Source of the DNA: Camelus dromedarius
Lineage: Eukaryota
Length of the DNA: 64,000 nt
Reading direction: 5' to 3'
Assembly (NCBI RefSeq): GCF_036321535.1
Contig: NC_087437.1
Coordinates: forward strand, 22,136,001 to 22,200,000
Part shown: in pieces, positions 1 through 9,580 of the stretch
How positions within the stretch are numbered: position 1 is the stretch's first letter
Layout: the number at the start of each line of letters is the position of its first letter
Made by a program: the position numbers and the translations under genes
The notes under the pieces: model-generated
The model's database searches: none
What the model saw: the letters and a program-made list of their open reading frames with translations, nothing else
Told to the model about the DNA's origin: nothing

Positions 1-927
1 GAGATGGATCCAGGTGAGGGGTTGGCCATCGCCTAAGGGGTATAGAGAGGACGAACCCCTGAGTACCCAACTGTCAGGGGACAGGCTGTCCATGGAGAGA
101 ACAGGTTTGCTCCAAGGAGCAATTTCTGGGAACTGGAGCTCCAGTCTGGGGATGAGGGCGGTGGTCAGAGCAAGGCATGCTGCACACTCTCCAGTCAACC
201 CCATTTAGTGTGTTCTTAACTCCTGAGTCCTGGGAAACTGAGGGGGGAAGTAGGGGGAATTAAATGATTTTCCAAATGCTTCAAGACCACTTTCTAGCTG
301 AAGATAGCGCAAGACACAGCTCTGGCCGCTGCTGGGAGATGTTTGGCGTGGAGATGCAGGAAGAGTTGACAGAAGCTGAGTCTCTTATTTGCAGGCAGTA
401 GTTTCTCCAAGAAGCCTCTTCCTAGAGGAGATTCATCCCGGTACACGTGGGCATGATGATAGCTTCACGCAGCCTGCAGAGATGGGGCAGCGGGCCCTAC
501 CATTGGAGGGTGGACGTAGCCCACACTAAAGTACCTTTACTGAACTGAGCGTTGACGTTACAATGTTAGATTGCATTGACGGCCTATAAGAACCAGCACC
601 TTCTGCCCCAACTCTACAGTTATTTTTATTGTAGAACATAGAGACATATTTAAGGAAACAGGGCACTTTCTATACTGCATAATTCCTTTTTAAGGACCCA
701 TAGTAAATTAGCCAATAAATATTGCTTGAGCACTTAGATGTCAGATACAGTGCCAGTGTTGGGAATAAAGCAGTGAAGAAGGAAATCACATGAATGCATT
801 TTCTTGTATTTATCTTTGCGGGCTACCTCAAATTCCTACTATCTTTTTTGAATGTGGGGCTGTAATTAAATGGTAATAAAAGGGCCCAGTACATCACAGG
901 TTGAATAAATGCCCCAATCAATCTTAG

Positions 928-1760
928 TGTGAGATAGTGAGAAATATATATATTGGTCTCTGCCCCAGGACACAGCACTGCTAAACCATTGTAGTTTCCT
1001 AAGTCAGAAGAGCACTAGGAACATCTTTTGTTCTAATGAAGTCACTCTGGGTGGGCTCCTGGGTGGCTCCTGGATGGGGGCTGGTCACCAGAAAGACCAA
1101 GCCATGATTAGACACTTAGAATTTCCAGCCCCAGTCCACATCTTCCAGAGAGGGAAGAGAGGCTGGAAATGGAGTTAACCATTGGTCATGACTACATGAG
1201 GAAGCCTCCTTGAATTCCAGTAGCAGGGGCTTCAAGAAACTTGCATGTCGTTGGTGGCACTGGGAGGTGCTGGGAAGACGGTGCGCCCGCAGGGGGCGTC
1301 TCCCCACATACCTTGCCCTTTGCATCTCTTCCATCTGGCTGTTCATCTATATTCTTTATCATAACCTTTTATAATAAACCAATAAACACAAGTAAACTTT
1401 TCCTAAGTTCTGTGAGCCGCTCTAGTAAATTAATTGAACCCGAGGAGGGGGTCGCCGGAACCTATTACTTATGACCAGTTAGCCAGAATCCCAGGCAACA
1501 ATCTGGATTTGTGATTGGCAGCAGAAGTGTGGGGCAGTCTAGTGGGACTAAGCCCTTGACCTCTGGGCTCTGATGCTATCTCCAGGTAAATAGCATCAGA
1601 ATTAAGTTGCTGGACACCACCTGGTGCCACAGAATTGCTTGGTGCGGAGGGAAAAAAATCCACACATTTGGTGACCAGAAGTGTCAGAAGTGAAGTAAGT
1701 AGTCAAGTGTTCTGTGAATAGTAAAGGAGAAAGACACTGGTGGAAAACTGGCTTTTTCCA
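928..1760 (+). mobile_element. Solo LTR, MER21-like (ERVL class)
   Basis: Starts TGTGAGATAG...AAATATATATATTGGTCTCTGCCCC. Contains GGATGGGGGCTGGTCACCAGAAAGACCAAGCCATGATTAG and AATAAA ~1373/1381, resembling the MER21 consensus as recalled. Confidence 0.75.
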
Positions 1761-1984
1761 GTCCAGTTGGTGATAAATGAGTCCAGAGAAAGGTGTGAGT
1801 GGTGAGGTCAGTGATGCTGATGCAGAGGCTGGAGTTTCTTAGGATGCCTGGCTGGCGAGATCCTAAAATTTAAAGGTGGGAACTCAGAAGAGAAAGCACT
1901 GCTTTAAGGGCAGATGGAGAACAAGACACAAAGACAAAGCATGAATGAAATCAAATCTGGAATTAGGCAGTAAGTCACTGTGTC

Positions 1985-2470
1985 AACCACGAAGTTTTGT
2001 TTGTAAGTAACAGAAGTTGACTCTCACAAATTTAATGGGGGGATGGGGAGAGGAATTTGTGGATGCCTTTGGAGTAGCTCACAAAATTTAAAGAAAAACC
2101 AAATAGTGGGCTTAAAAGGGACAGGGTCCCTTCTGAGAGAATAATGGGACGTCTCTCTAGGGTCCACTTTTGGGATGGGAGGGCAGCAACTGTTTTCCAT
2201 CTTTTGGTCTCTCTGATGAAGATATAGATTGCCTGGGACATAGTAGGAGCTCAGTGTCTACAGACTGACTGAAAGAATGAAAATGAATGCAACTTTCATC
2301 TAATTTGCTGAGCCCAGAGCACATACATTCCCCCTGGGAGGAGGGGGGCGGGTTTCTTGGTCGAAGTTCCCACCAAAGCCACATACAATGGGGTGGAGTC
2401 TTTCAGACATTGTTACCAAAGGAAGGAAGAATGGATGTGGGTGGGCAGAACCCAAGGGGATGCCCACTAC
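1985..2470. mobile_element. MaLR LTR remnant (MLT1-type)
   Basis: Degenerate MLT1 motifs: GTTTGTAAGTAACAGAA, CCCACCAAAGCCACATACAATGGGG, terminal CCCACTACA. Confidence 0.55.
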
Positions 2471-2946
2471 AGGCAGCAAGAAATGGCTGGCACACTAGAG
2501 AAGATGGTGTCTAGTCTGGCAGAGGAAAATCTCTCCTGGTCCAGTTAGCCCATCCCTGTCTGCCAACGTCTGGGAGGGAAAACTGCAGAAAGAAATGCCA
2601 AGGTTTTGTTGCCAATCTTCGAGGCTGGGGTGAGAGCCAGGAGGTAGATGGCTGGTCCAGGTCTCAAAGGCGAAGATGCAGAAAGGCTGAGCACATGCGG
2701 GTGGAGCCTGGGGAGGAGAAAGTGGTGCTCAAACAAGGACAACACCTGGGGGACACGCTTGGTGATGAGCACGTAAGTTGCTGGAGAAGTAAGCCTGAGC
2801 ACTCTTCTTCTATAACATCGTTTCCGGGCTTCTTAACAGATGGCTTTTCGAAGTCTAATGTTAAGGACATCTCTTCAGGTATTGTAAAAATATCCCCAGG
2901 GCTTCTGCACTTGCTGTATCGTCTGCACGCAATGCCCTTCCCTCAG

Positions 2947-3028
2947 TTTTTTTTCTTTTTTTTAAAAAATGGAAGTATAGTTGATTTATGATATTGTGTT
3001 AGTTTTGGTGTACAGCAAAGTGATTCAG

Positions 3029-3076
<48 letters not shown>

Positions 3077-3322
3077 TCAGATTCTTCTCCATTATAGGTT
3101 ATTACAAGATATTGAATACAGTTTCCTATGCTGTAAGTAGGTCCTTGTTGTTTATCTATTTTATATACAGGAATGTGTATAATGTTAATCCCACACTCTG
3201 AGTTTAACCCTCCTTCCTCCCCCTTTGGTAACCATAATTTGTTTTCTATGTCTGTGAATCTGTTTCTACTTTGTAAATAAATTGATTTGTATTATTTTTT
3301 AGATTACACATGTAAGTGATAC
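2947..3322 (-). mobile_element. L1 3' end, 5'-truncated, with internal (TG)n
   Basis: Poly-T followed by GAAGTATAGTTGATTTA...GGTGTACAGCAAAGTGATTCAG...GGTAACCATAATTTG, the reverse of an artiodactyl L1 3'UTR. Confidence 0.85.
3036..3074. repeat. (TG)n microsatellite
   Basis: About 19 perfect TG units. Confidence 0.95.
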
Positions 3323-3350
3323 CCAGTTTTCACCTGGCTGCCTCCTTATT

Positions 3351-3430
3351 CTTTGCAAAGGTCACCTCCCCTTTGCAAAGGTCACCTCCCTTTGCAAAGG
3401 TCACCTCCCCTTTGCAAAGGTCACCTCCCC
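3351..3430 (+). repeat. Minisatellite, 4 x ~20 bp (CTTTGCAAAGGTCACCTCCC)
   Basis: Four near-identical units starting at 3351, 3371, 3390 and 3410. Confidence 0.95.
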
Positions 3431-3640
3431 AATGTAAAGGAGTTGCTTCCAGTCACCTGCAACATTGATCTATTTTATTTTTTCCATAGCACCTATCTGT
3501 TGAAGTGCACGTATACCAAAAGTCTCCCATTCCAGGGTGTAAATTCTGTGAAAGTAGGGACCAGGCCTGTCTGTTTCACTTTTGCTTCCCACAGAGTTAG
3601 ACTAGCACCTTTTAGGTGCTTAATAAATATTTATTAAATC
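3430..3640 (+). mobile_element. L2 3'-end remnant
   Basis: Ends TAGGTGCTTAATAAATATTTATTAAAT, typical of an L2 terminus. Confidence 0.55.
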
Positions 3641-3659
3641 ATTCTTATATTTCTAAGAC

Positions 3660-3960
3660 AAACCTAGCTTGATTGCCACACTTAGATTTGTTTTGCTGAT
3701 ATTTTATTTAGGAGTTTAACATATATATTAATCAGTGAAAAGAACCTATTTCTCTGAAAACCCTCTCTAGTTATACCCTTGAATGAGCTGGAGAAGAAGT
3801 CCCTCTTCTTCTATTCTCTGGAAGAGTTTGTATAAGGTGGAAATTATCTAGCCCTTAAAAGTCTGGTAGAACTCTCCCATAAAGCCCTCTGGGACCGTTA
3901 TTTTTCTTATTTAAAATGACTGACTGCTTCATTTCCTTCACAATCATAAGAGTATTCAGG
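3660..3960 (-). mobile_element. Old L1 (L1M) internal fragment
   Basis: TTCTATTCTCTGGAAGAGTTTGTATAAG...GGTAGAACTCTCCCATAAAGCCCTCTGGG resembles antisense L1 ORF2. Confidence 0.6.
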
Positions 3961-5935
3961 CTATATCTTTTTGTTTTTTTTTTTGCATTTAAGGCAAGCC
4001 CCCCTCCCCCAATTCTTCCCCCTTGGACTTGACTATTTCATTTCAGTTTTTAAACTAAATTAAATAGACTGGTTACCTCTGGAGGTTCCTGGGCTCCATA
4101 ATGAATTCATGAATATTCATTGTATTATTTAAAATCATATAAAATAGAAAAGGGCCACCCTCTAACTAATGGCAACTGTGGTTTATCCTTTCAATCAAGG
4201 ATTATGATTAATCTAATTCTGTGCACTGAAGTTCCACTGAAAATGCATGTTTGCTGAAACTGAGTGACTGAATCTATCTTGATGTCCAGGGGCAGGCATT
4301 CCTGAGGTGAAACTTGCAGCTCCCCAGCGACACGGACAGGCCTGGACAGGAACTGTCTGGGCACTGCAGCCTTACATCTTTTCCCAGTGCAGACTATGGA
4401 GGAAGGTCTGGGAAGATCTGTCACATTTCACAGGTGGGGCACTGGGCCTAGGGCACCCCAGAATGTTAGGTCCCCTCTCTGCCCAAGATTAGATAAAAGC
4501 CACAGCAAGTTTCCAACAGCAGTTTCCTTTCCACATCCCAGATAGCAGAGAAGAGAGAGACCGAGGAGCATCCTGGAAAAGACTGAATTGCAATGAACTC
4601 AACAGTGAGCTGAAGGACAGACCTGTGGCATGACTGGCTTCGCTGCCAATGAAATCATGTAGCTTATTATATGCCTGGGTCATGATTGTACTAAAGGGAT
4701 AAGCGGATTAAAATGAAAGGACTTGCTGAACAAATGTGGGAAGGAAGGCATTATCAAGTCTTTGGATGTCATCAGTTGTAACAAAGTTGGGAATTAACTG
4801 ACATGGGGCAATATGGCAAAATATTTGCAAACAAGGAGAGGGTGGAGATGCTGGAACCTGTACATTTATGCCAGCTGAGCGCTCACTGTGGGGGCGTCTG
4901 GCAAATGGATTTTCTATTTTGCCAACTTCAGCGAAGTGTTACAAAAGTGCAGACAAAATTGTGTCTATGCAAACAATTGTTTAAAAAAGGGTCCATCCAT
5001 CAAATAACTGCAATTCACATGCTTTCTGAGTAACCACAAAGCCAGGGACTAAATTTAAAATATTAGACATTATTTTTTTTGGAACCATGCTGAATACTAA
5101 CACTGAGATTTTCTTTTCTCCTCAATTTCTTCTCTCTTCCATCAGTTTTTGAATGTGTCAATATCACTTTAGTTTTTGTGGGAAAAGAGTAGAGGGAAGA
5201 AGTGACAGGGATAGAGACAGCACAGGAAGGAAAGTGGGTGGGTCTAGAAATGCAGAGACGTGATGTCACTCAGTTAAACTATCATCTTCGCCTGAAGACA
5301 GCAGTTAAAAACGTCTGTCTGTCCTGAACGCTCCCAGAGATAATGCTATGCTACTTGGGAAAGCTGCGTTTAAAATTCGATCTCTATTATCCCACTATTT
5401 GCATAAAATCTGTCCTAGAAACATCTCATCCTTATACTTTATTTGAACCACAGGGGGAAAAATGATCTAAACTCTACTGTGGCATTATGGATCTTTCTGG
5501 GAAATGAGGCTAAGTCAAGTTCTTTGAATATTTTTCTACCCTGAAACCTCAAATGAATTAAGTCACTTTCCAAGAATCCTTGCACTTCCAAGATTCTGTA
5601 AGACTCAGTGTAGAATAATGGCACAAACAACATTTCAAATTTAGAAGGATCTTCTGGCTGAGAGACGCTACATCAAATAGTTCAAAAATAAATACGCCCT
5701 AACTTTGTCAAACTTCTAAAAAGTCCATCGGGACAGGACGCAGAAAAACGCCTCCAGGAGATCAGTCTGTTATCAGCTTCTGGCACCGTGGCGATTCGTA
5801 GTGATTCAGCCTGGGGCTCACGTGAGATTTAATCATCTGGACATCTAACTCCCCATCACTGTTCAGTTATGGAGGTTATTACAATTGTCTCCATTTCGCG
5901 GATGAAACTGAGCTATGGCTTAGTCTCCTTTGGTG

Positions 5936-5980
5936 AGGCGAGGCGAGGCGGGGCGAGGCGGGGCGAGGCGGGGCAGGGGA
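5936..5980 (+). repeat. GC-box-like pentamer repeat (GGCGA/GGCGG)n
   Basis: GAGGCGAGGCGAGGCGGGGCGAGGCGGGGCGAGGCGGGGCAGGGG. Confidence 0.85.
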
Positions 5981-7185
5981 GAGAGAGCGAGCGAGACCCA
6001 CACAGAAAGCGGTTCCTCATTGTCTTAAAGTACTTAAACCAACTGAAAATGATCTACTTCCAACAACGGCGTTTCCTTTAGGGTCAAGTCATTTGATCTC
6101 ATCTCTAAAACCAAGAAGCAAGATAAGTATTTTACTGTAAATCAGAACAAAGAGTCACCCCCGACCCCCATCACCCCAGTTCCCGAGGACGTCAGTCACA
6201 GAGGACGCAGCATCACGAGCGGAGCTTGGGAGAGCGTCTGGCTGCTGTGGGCGTAATAAAACCGAAGAGGCCCTCTTCATAGGTGGAGTAAAGCTGGGAG
6301 AAGACGCCCCGCCGGCACACTCCTCCGGAAAACTGAAGCGTCTTCTTTGACCCCAGGGTCAGAAAGATTTATTACTTCCTCGGTGAGGGAGAAGCCTTAC
6401 GCCAGCTGGAACGGGCGAGCTGGGAGCGGGAAGCCTGAAAGCGGCGCTCGGCGTCCTCGGAGCGCTCCGGGGGGCGGGGGCGTCCTCGGTTCCCGGAGGG
6501 GCCCGGCGGTGCCGACCCACAGGAAGAGTGGAGTGGGAAGCCGCTGGGGAGTTTCTGCCCAAACTTTATCGCTAACTCTTTCCGAGAGCAAAAATGTGCG
6601 GTTGAGTCCGGCAGCCGCACGCAGAATCCAAGTTTCCCAGAGGTCGGGGCGCCCGAGCGCTTCGAACCCCGTGTCCACGCCATGGCGCTTGGCGCACTGA
6701 CTGCTACGGCCTCGGCCGCGCGGATGGCGGCCCAAGCGGCGCCGCTGTAAATCGGCACCCGCATCTCCAACCCCCAAGGCGGCGGTGGCGGGAGTTGAGT
6801 GCCGCGAAGGGGGCGGGCACGGGACGCGCGGAGGAGGAGGGCAGCGCGGTGAAGGGGAGGAGCCGCAGCGACAGACGGCGGCGCGCACCAACCCGGCGTC
6901 TGCTGGCAGGAGCCGCGCAGAGGCTGGCCCGAGCGCGTTGCAGCGGCTCGGCGTAGGGAGAGTCGGGTAGCAGCATCCTCCTGGGCGCTGCTTTCGCGGG
7001 GCGGCGGCAGCGGCAGCAGCGGCGAGGGCTTTCTCTGCCCAGTTACCTTATTGGCCTGAAGAGTCTGGTGTCGGGTGCGGGGTGGGCAAAGGAGCGCTGC
7101 GGACCCCAGCTCCTTTGCCGAGAGCTGTGTGTGTCGGGGGTTTCCGGGCCAGTCGGAGGCTACGGAGCGGCCGGGGCTGGCGGCA

Positions 7186-7355
7186 ATGCCCGCCCGGGCA
7201 TCCTCTGGGTGATGGAAGAAGCAGCTGCCGCCACCGCCGCTGCAGGGTCACGCTGCGCCCCATCCACCGCCGCCAGAGAGATGGGAAGATTCGGGGCGCG
7301 GAGGCCGAGAGCGAGAGAGGCGGAGCCGCTTTGCCGGGAGCTGGGTCCCGTATAA
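7186..7355 (+). other. Two stop-start-linked uORFs in the putative exon 1 (8 aa 7186-7212; 47 aa 7212-7355)
   Basis: ATG 7186 gives MPARASSG*, whose TGA (7210-7212) overlaps ATG 7212 (gtgATGg). That ORF reads MEEAAAATAAAGSRC...ELGPV*, with an in-frame ATG at 7281. Requires a TSS upstream of 7186. Confidence 0.6.
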
Positions 7356-7699
7356 GCCCCCTTCCCCCCACCTCCCCCAGCCAGCTTCGTCCCCCAGAGC
7401 GAGGAAGGAAGCTACACTCCCGAGAGGGCGGCCGAGACGCCGCTGGAGCCTGGCTCACTGGGCTCAGCGGAGCGCAGAGCAGGGCTCCGGGCCCGGTGAA
7501 AGTTTCCTTTCCTCAGCCGCAGGGCGTCCGCTGCCCGGAAACTCTGCCCAGAGGTTGGGCTGCCGACTCCCGTAGCTCCCTCTGAGGCGCGGGGACCCCC
7601 AGCGGAAAACAGCGCTCGCGAAATCAAGGAACGAGTGACAGCAGGACAGACCGCCGGGCCGTAATCCCGGGCCGTTCCGGGGCGCGCCCGCGGCTCCAG

Positions 7700-7805
7700 G
7701 TGAGCGGGGGAGCCAGGCAGACCCGAGGGTGGGCGTTACTTAGGGGGAAGAGGCGGTTGGGGAGGAGGACTGGGGCGCACGGGCTTACTCTGCTTCTCCT
7801 GGCAG
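7700..7805 (+). other. CHST2: Predicted 106-nt intron in the CHST2 5'UTR
   Basis: Donor CAG|GTGAGC at 7699/7700, G-run-rich interior, branch-like CTTAC, pyrimidine tract TCTGCTTCTCCT and acceptor CAG|G at 7805/7806. Confidence 0.8.
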
Positions 7806-7826
7806 GTCCCTCTCGGAGCCGCTGCC

Positions 7827-7988
7827 ATGGGAGAGCCAGCCCTGGGCGCCGGGGACCAGCCGCCGTTGCTGCCGCGCCCGCCTCGGAGCCGCGGCCCCAG
7901 TCCCCGCGCACGAAGCCGGGCCGCTACGTCCCGCTCCCGGGTTGCACGGCCGCCTCCGCCGCGCTGCCGGCCGGGGCAGTACCTGTGA
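7827..7988 (+). other. uORF, 53 aa, out of frame with CHST2; its stop overlaps the CHST2 start (TGATG)
   Basis: GCTGCC-ATG-G at 7827. Hand translation: MGEPALGAGDQPPLLPRPPRSRGPSPRARSRAATSRSRVARPPPPRCRPGQYL*. TGA 7986-7988, ATG 7988-7990. Confidence 0.8.
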
Positions 7989-9580
7989 TGAGCCGCAACC
8001 CGCCGCGAGCCCTGCCTGCCGGCGCGCCCCCTCGGTTGCTCCCGGCCGCGCCTGCTGCCGGGCCGCGCGCCTTGCTCCCGCCGTGGCCCCGGCGCCCGGG
8101 TCGCCGCTGGCCCGCCTCCCCGCTCGGAATGAAGGTGTTTCGTAGGAAGGCGCTGGTGCTGTGCGCGGGCTACGCGTTGCTGCTGGTGCTCACCATGCTC
8201 AACCTCCTGGACTACAAGTGGCACAAGGAGCCACTGCAGCAGTGCAGCCCCGACGGGCCTCCGGGTGCAGTGGCAGGCGCGGCTGCGGGCAGCTTGGGAC
8301 GCCCAGGGCCACCTCCAGCCGTGCCGCCCCGCGCACACACCCGCTTGGATCCCCGTACCCCGTACCGCCTTCCGGTCGCCGCCGTCGGAGCGGCTCCGGC
8401 AGCCGGGGCCGGCGCGGCAGGGGCAGCAGTCCCTCCTGGTAATGGTACTCGGGGCACGGGGGGCAGCGGGGACAAGCGGCAGTTGGTGTACGTGTTCACT
8501 ACGTGGCGCTCAGGCTCGTCTTTCTTCGGCGAGCTTTTCAACCAGAACCCCGAGGTGTTCTTCCTCTACGAGCCAGTGTGGCACGTGTGGCAAAAACTGT
8601 ACCCAGGGGACGCCGTTTCTCTGCAAGGGGCGGCGCGGGACATGCTGAGCGCTCTCTACCGCTGCGACCTCTCGGTCTTCCAGCTGTACAGCCCCGCTGG
8701 CAGCGGGGGTCGAAACCTCACCACACTGGGCATTTTTGGAGCTGCCACCAACAAGGTGGTGTGCTCGTCGCCACTTTGCCCCGCCTATCGCAAGGAGGTC
8801 GTGGGACTGGTGGACGATCGCGTGTGCAAGAAGTGCCCGCCGCAGCGCCTGGCGCGCTTCGAGGAGGAATGCCGCAAGTACCGCACGCTGGTCATCAAGG
8901 GCGTGCGTGTCTTCGACGTGGCCGTGTTGGCGCCACTGCTGCGCGACCCGGCCCTAGACCTCAAGGTCATCCACCTGGTGCGCGATCCCCGTGCTGTGGC
9001 CAGCTCACGCATCCGCTCGCGCCATGGTCTCATCCGTGAAAGCCTGCAGGTGGTGCGCAGCCGGGACCCGCGAGCCCACCGCATGCCCTTTCTGGAGGCC
9101 GCTGGCCACAAGTTGGGTCCCAAGAAGGAAGGCATGGGAGGGCCAGCAGACTACCATGCCCTTGGCGCCATGGAGGTCATCTGCAACAGCATGGCCAAGA
9201 CGCTGCAGACGGCCCTGCAGCCCCCTGACTGGCTGCAAGGTCACTACCTGGTGGTGCGGTATGAGGACCTGGTGGGAGACCCCGTCAAAACCCTACGGAG
9301 GGTGTATGACTTCGTTGGGCTGCTGGTGAGCCCCGAAATGGAGCAGTTTGCCCTCAACATGACCAGTGGCTCGGGCTCCTCTTCCAAGCCTTTTGTGGTG
9401 TCCGCACGCAACGCCACGCAGGCCGCCAACGCCTGGCGGACTGCCCTCACCTTTCAGCAGATCAAACAGGTGGAGGAGTTTTGCTACCAGCCCATGGCCG
9501 TGCTGGGCTACGAGCGGGTCAATAGCCCCGAGGAGGTCAAAGACCTCAGCAAGACCCTGCTCCGGAAACCCCGACTCTGA
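7988..9580 (+). CDS. CHST2: Carbohydrate sulfotransferase 2 (N-acetylglucosamine-6-O-sulfotransferase 1), 530 aa; alternative in-frame start Met48 at 8129 gives a 483-aa form
   Basis: ATG at 7988 opens MSRNPPRALP...KTLLRKPRL*, with stop ending at 9580. Type II membrane anchor ALVLCAGYALLLVLTMLNLL, Gly/Ala/Pro stem, 5'-PSB loop TWRSGSSF (~8501), 3'-PB motif RDPRAVASS (~8981) and RYEDL motif. Closely matches mammalian CHST2 as I recall it. The coding region is intronless. Confidence 0.98.
   Translation: MSRNPPRALPAGAPPRLLPAAPAAGPRALLPPWPRRPGRRWPASPLGMKVFRRKALVLCAGYALLLVLTMLNLLDYKWHKEPLQQCSPDGPPGAVAGAAAGSLGRPGPPPAVPPRAHTRLDPRTPYRLPVAAVGAAPAAGAGAAGAAVPPGNGTRGTGGSGDKRQLVYVFTTWRSGSSFFGELFNQNPEVFFLYEPVWHVWQKLYPGDAVSLQGAARDMLSALYRCDLSVFQLYSPAGSGGRNLTTLGIFGAATNKVVCSSPLCPAYRKEVVGLVDDRVCKKCPPQRLARFEEECRKYRTLVIKGVRVFDVAVLAPLLRDPALDLKVIHLVRDPRAVASSRIRSRHGLIRESLQVVRSRDPRAHRMPFLEAAGHKLGPKKEGMGGPADYHALGAMEVICNSMAKTLQTALQPPDWLQGHYLVVRYEDLVGDPVKTLRRVYDFVGLLVSPEMEQFALNMTSGSGSSSKPFVVSARNATQAANAWRTALTFQQIKQVEEFCYQPMAVLGYERVNSPEEVKDLSKTLLRKPRL

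Larger units (their letters stand above)
6170..9450. promoter_or_regulatory. CHST2: CpG island covering the CHST2 promoter, 5'UTR and most of the CDS
   Basis: Very high GC and unsuppressed CpG compared with CpG-poor flanks. Contains GC boxes (e.g. GGGGCGGGG ~6471, GGGGCGGG ~6810). Boundaries approximate; exact TSS not determinable. Confidence 0.9.

Noticed and set aside
3351..3430. CRISPR-like array (palindromic direct repeats)
   Set aside because: No unique spacers, no cas genes, mammalian context. It is a minisatellite.
7700..7987. 626-aa ORF in the track, implying a 96-aa N-terminal extension of CHST2
   Set aside because: It starts at a GTG that is the predicted splice donor and runs through the intron. 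The first in-frame ATG is 7988, giving the expected 530 aa.
7828..7990. Calicivirus-type TURBS (UGGGA motif) driving stop-start reinitiation
   Set aside because: The only TGGGA is ~155 nt upstream of the junction, outside the usual ~40-80 nt window, and none precedes the 7210 junction.
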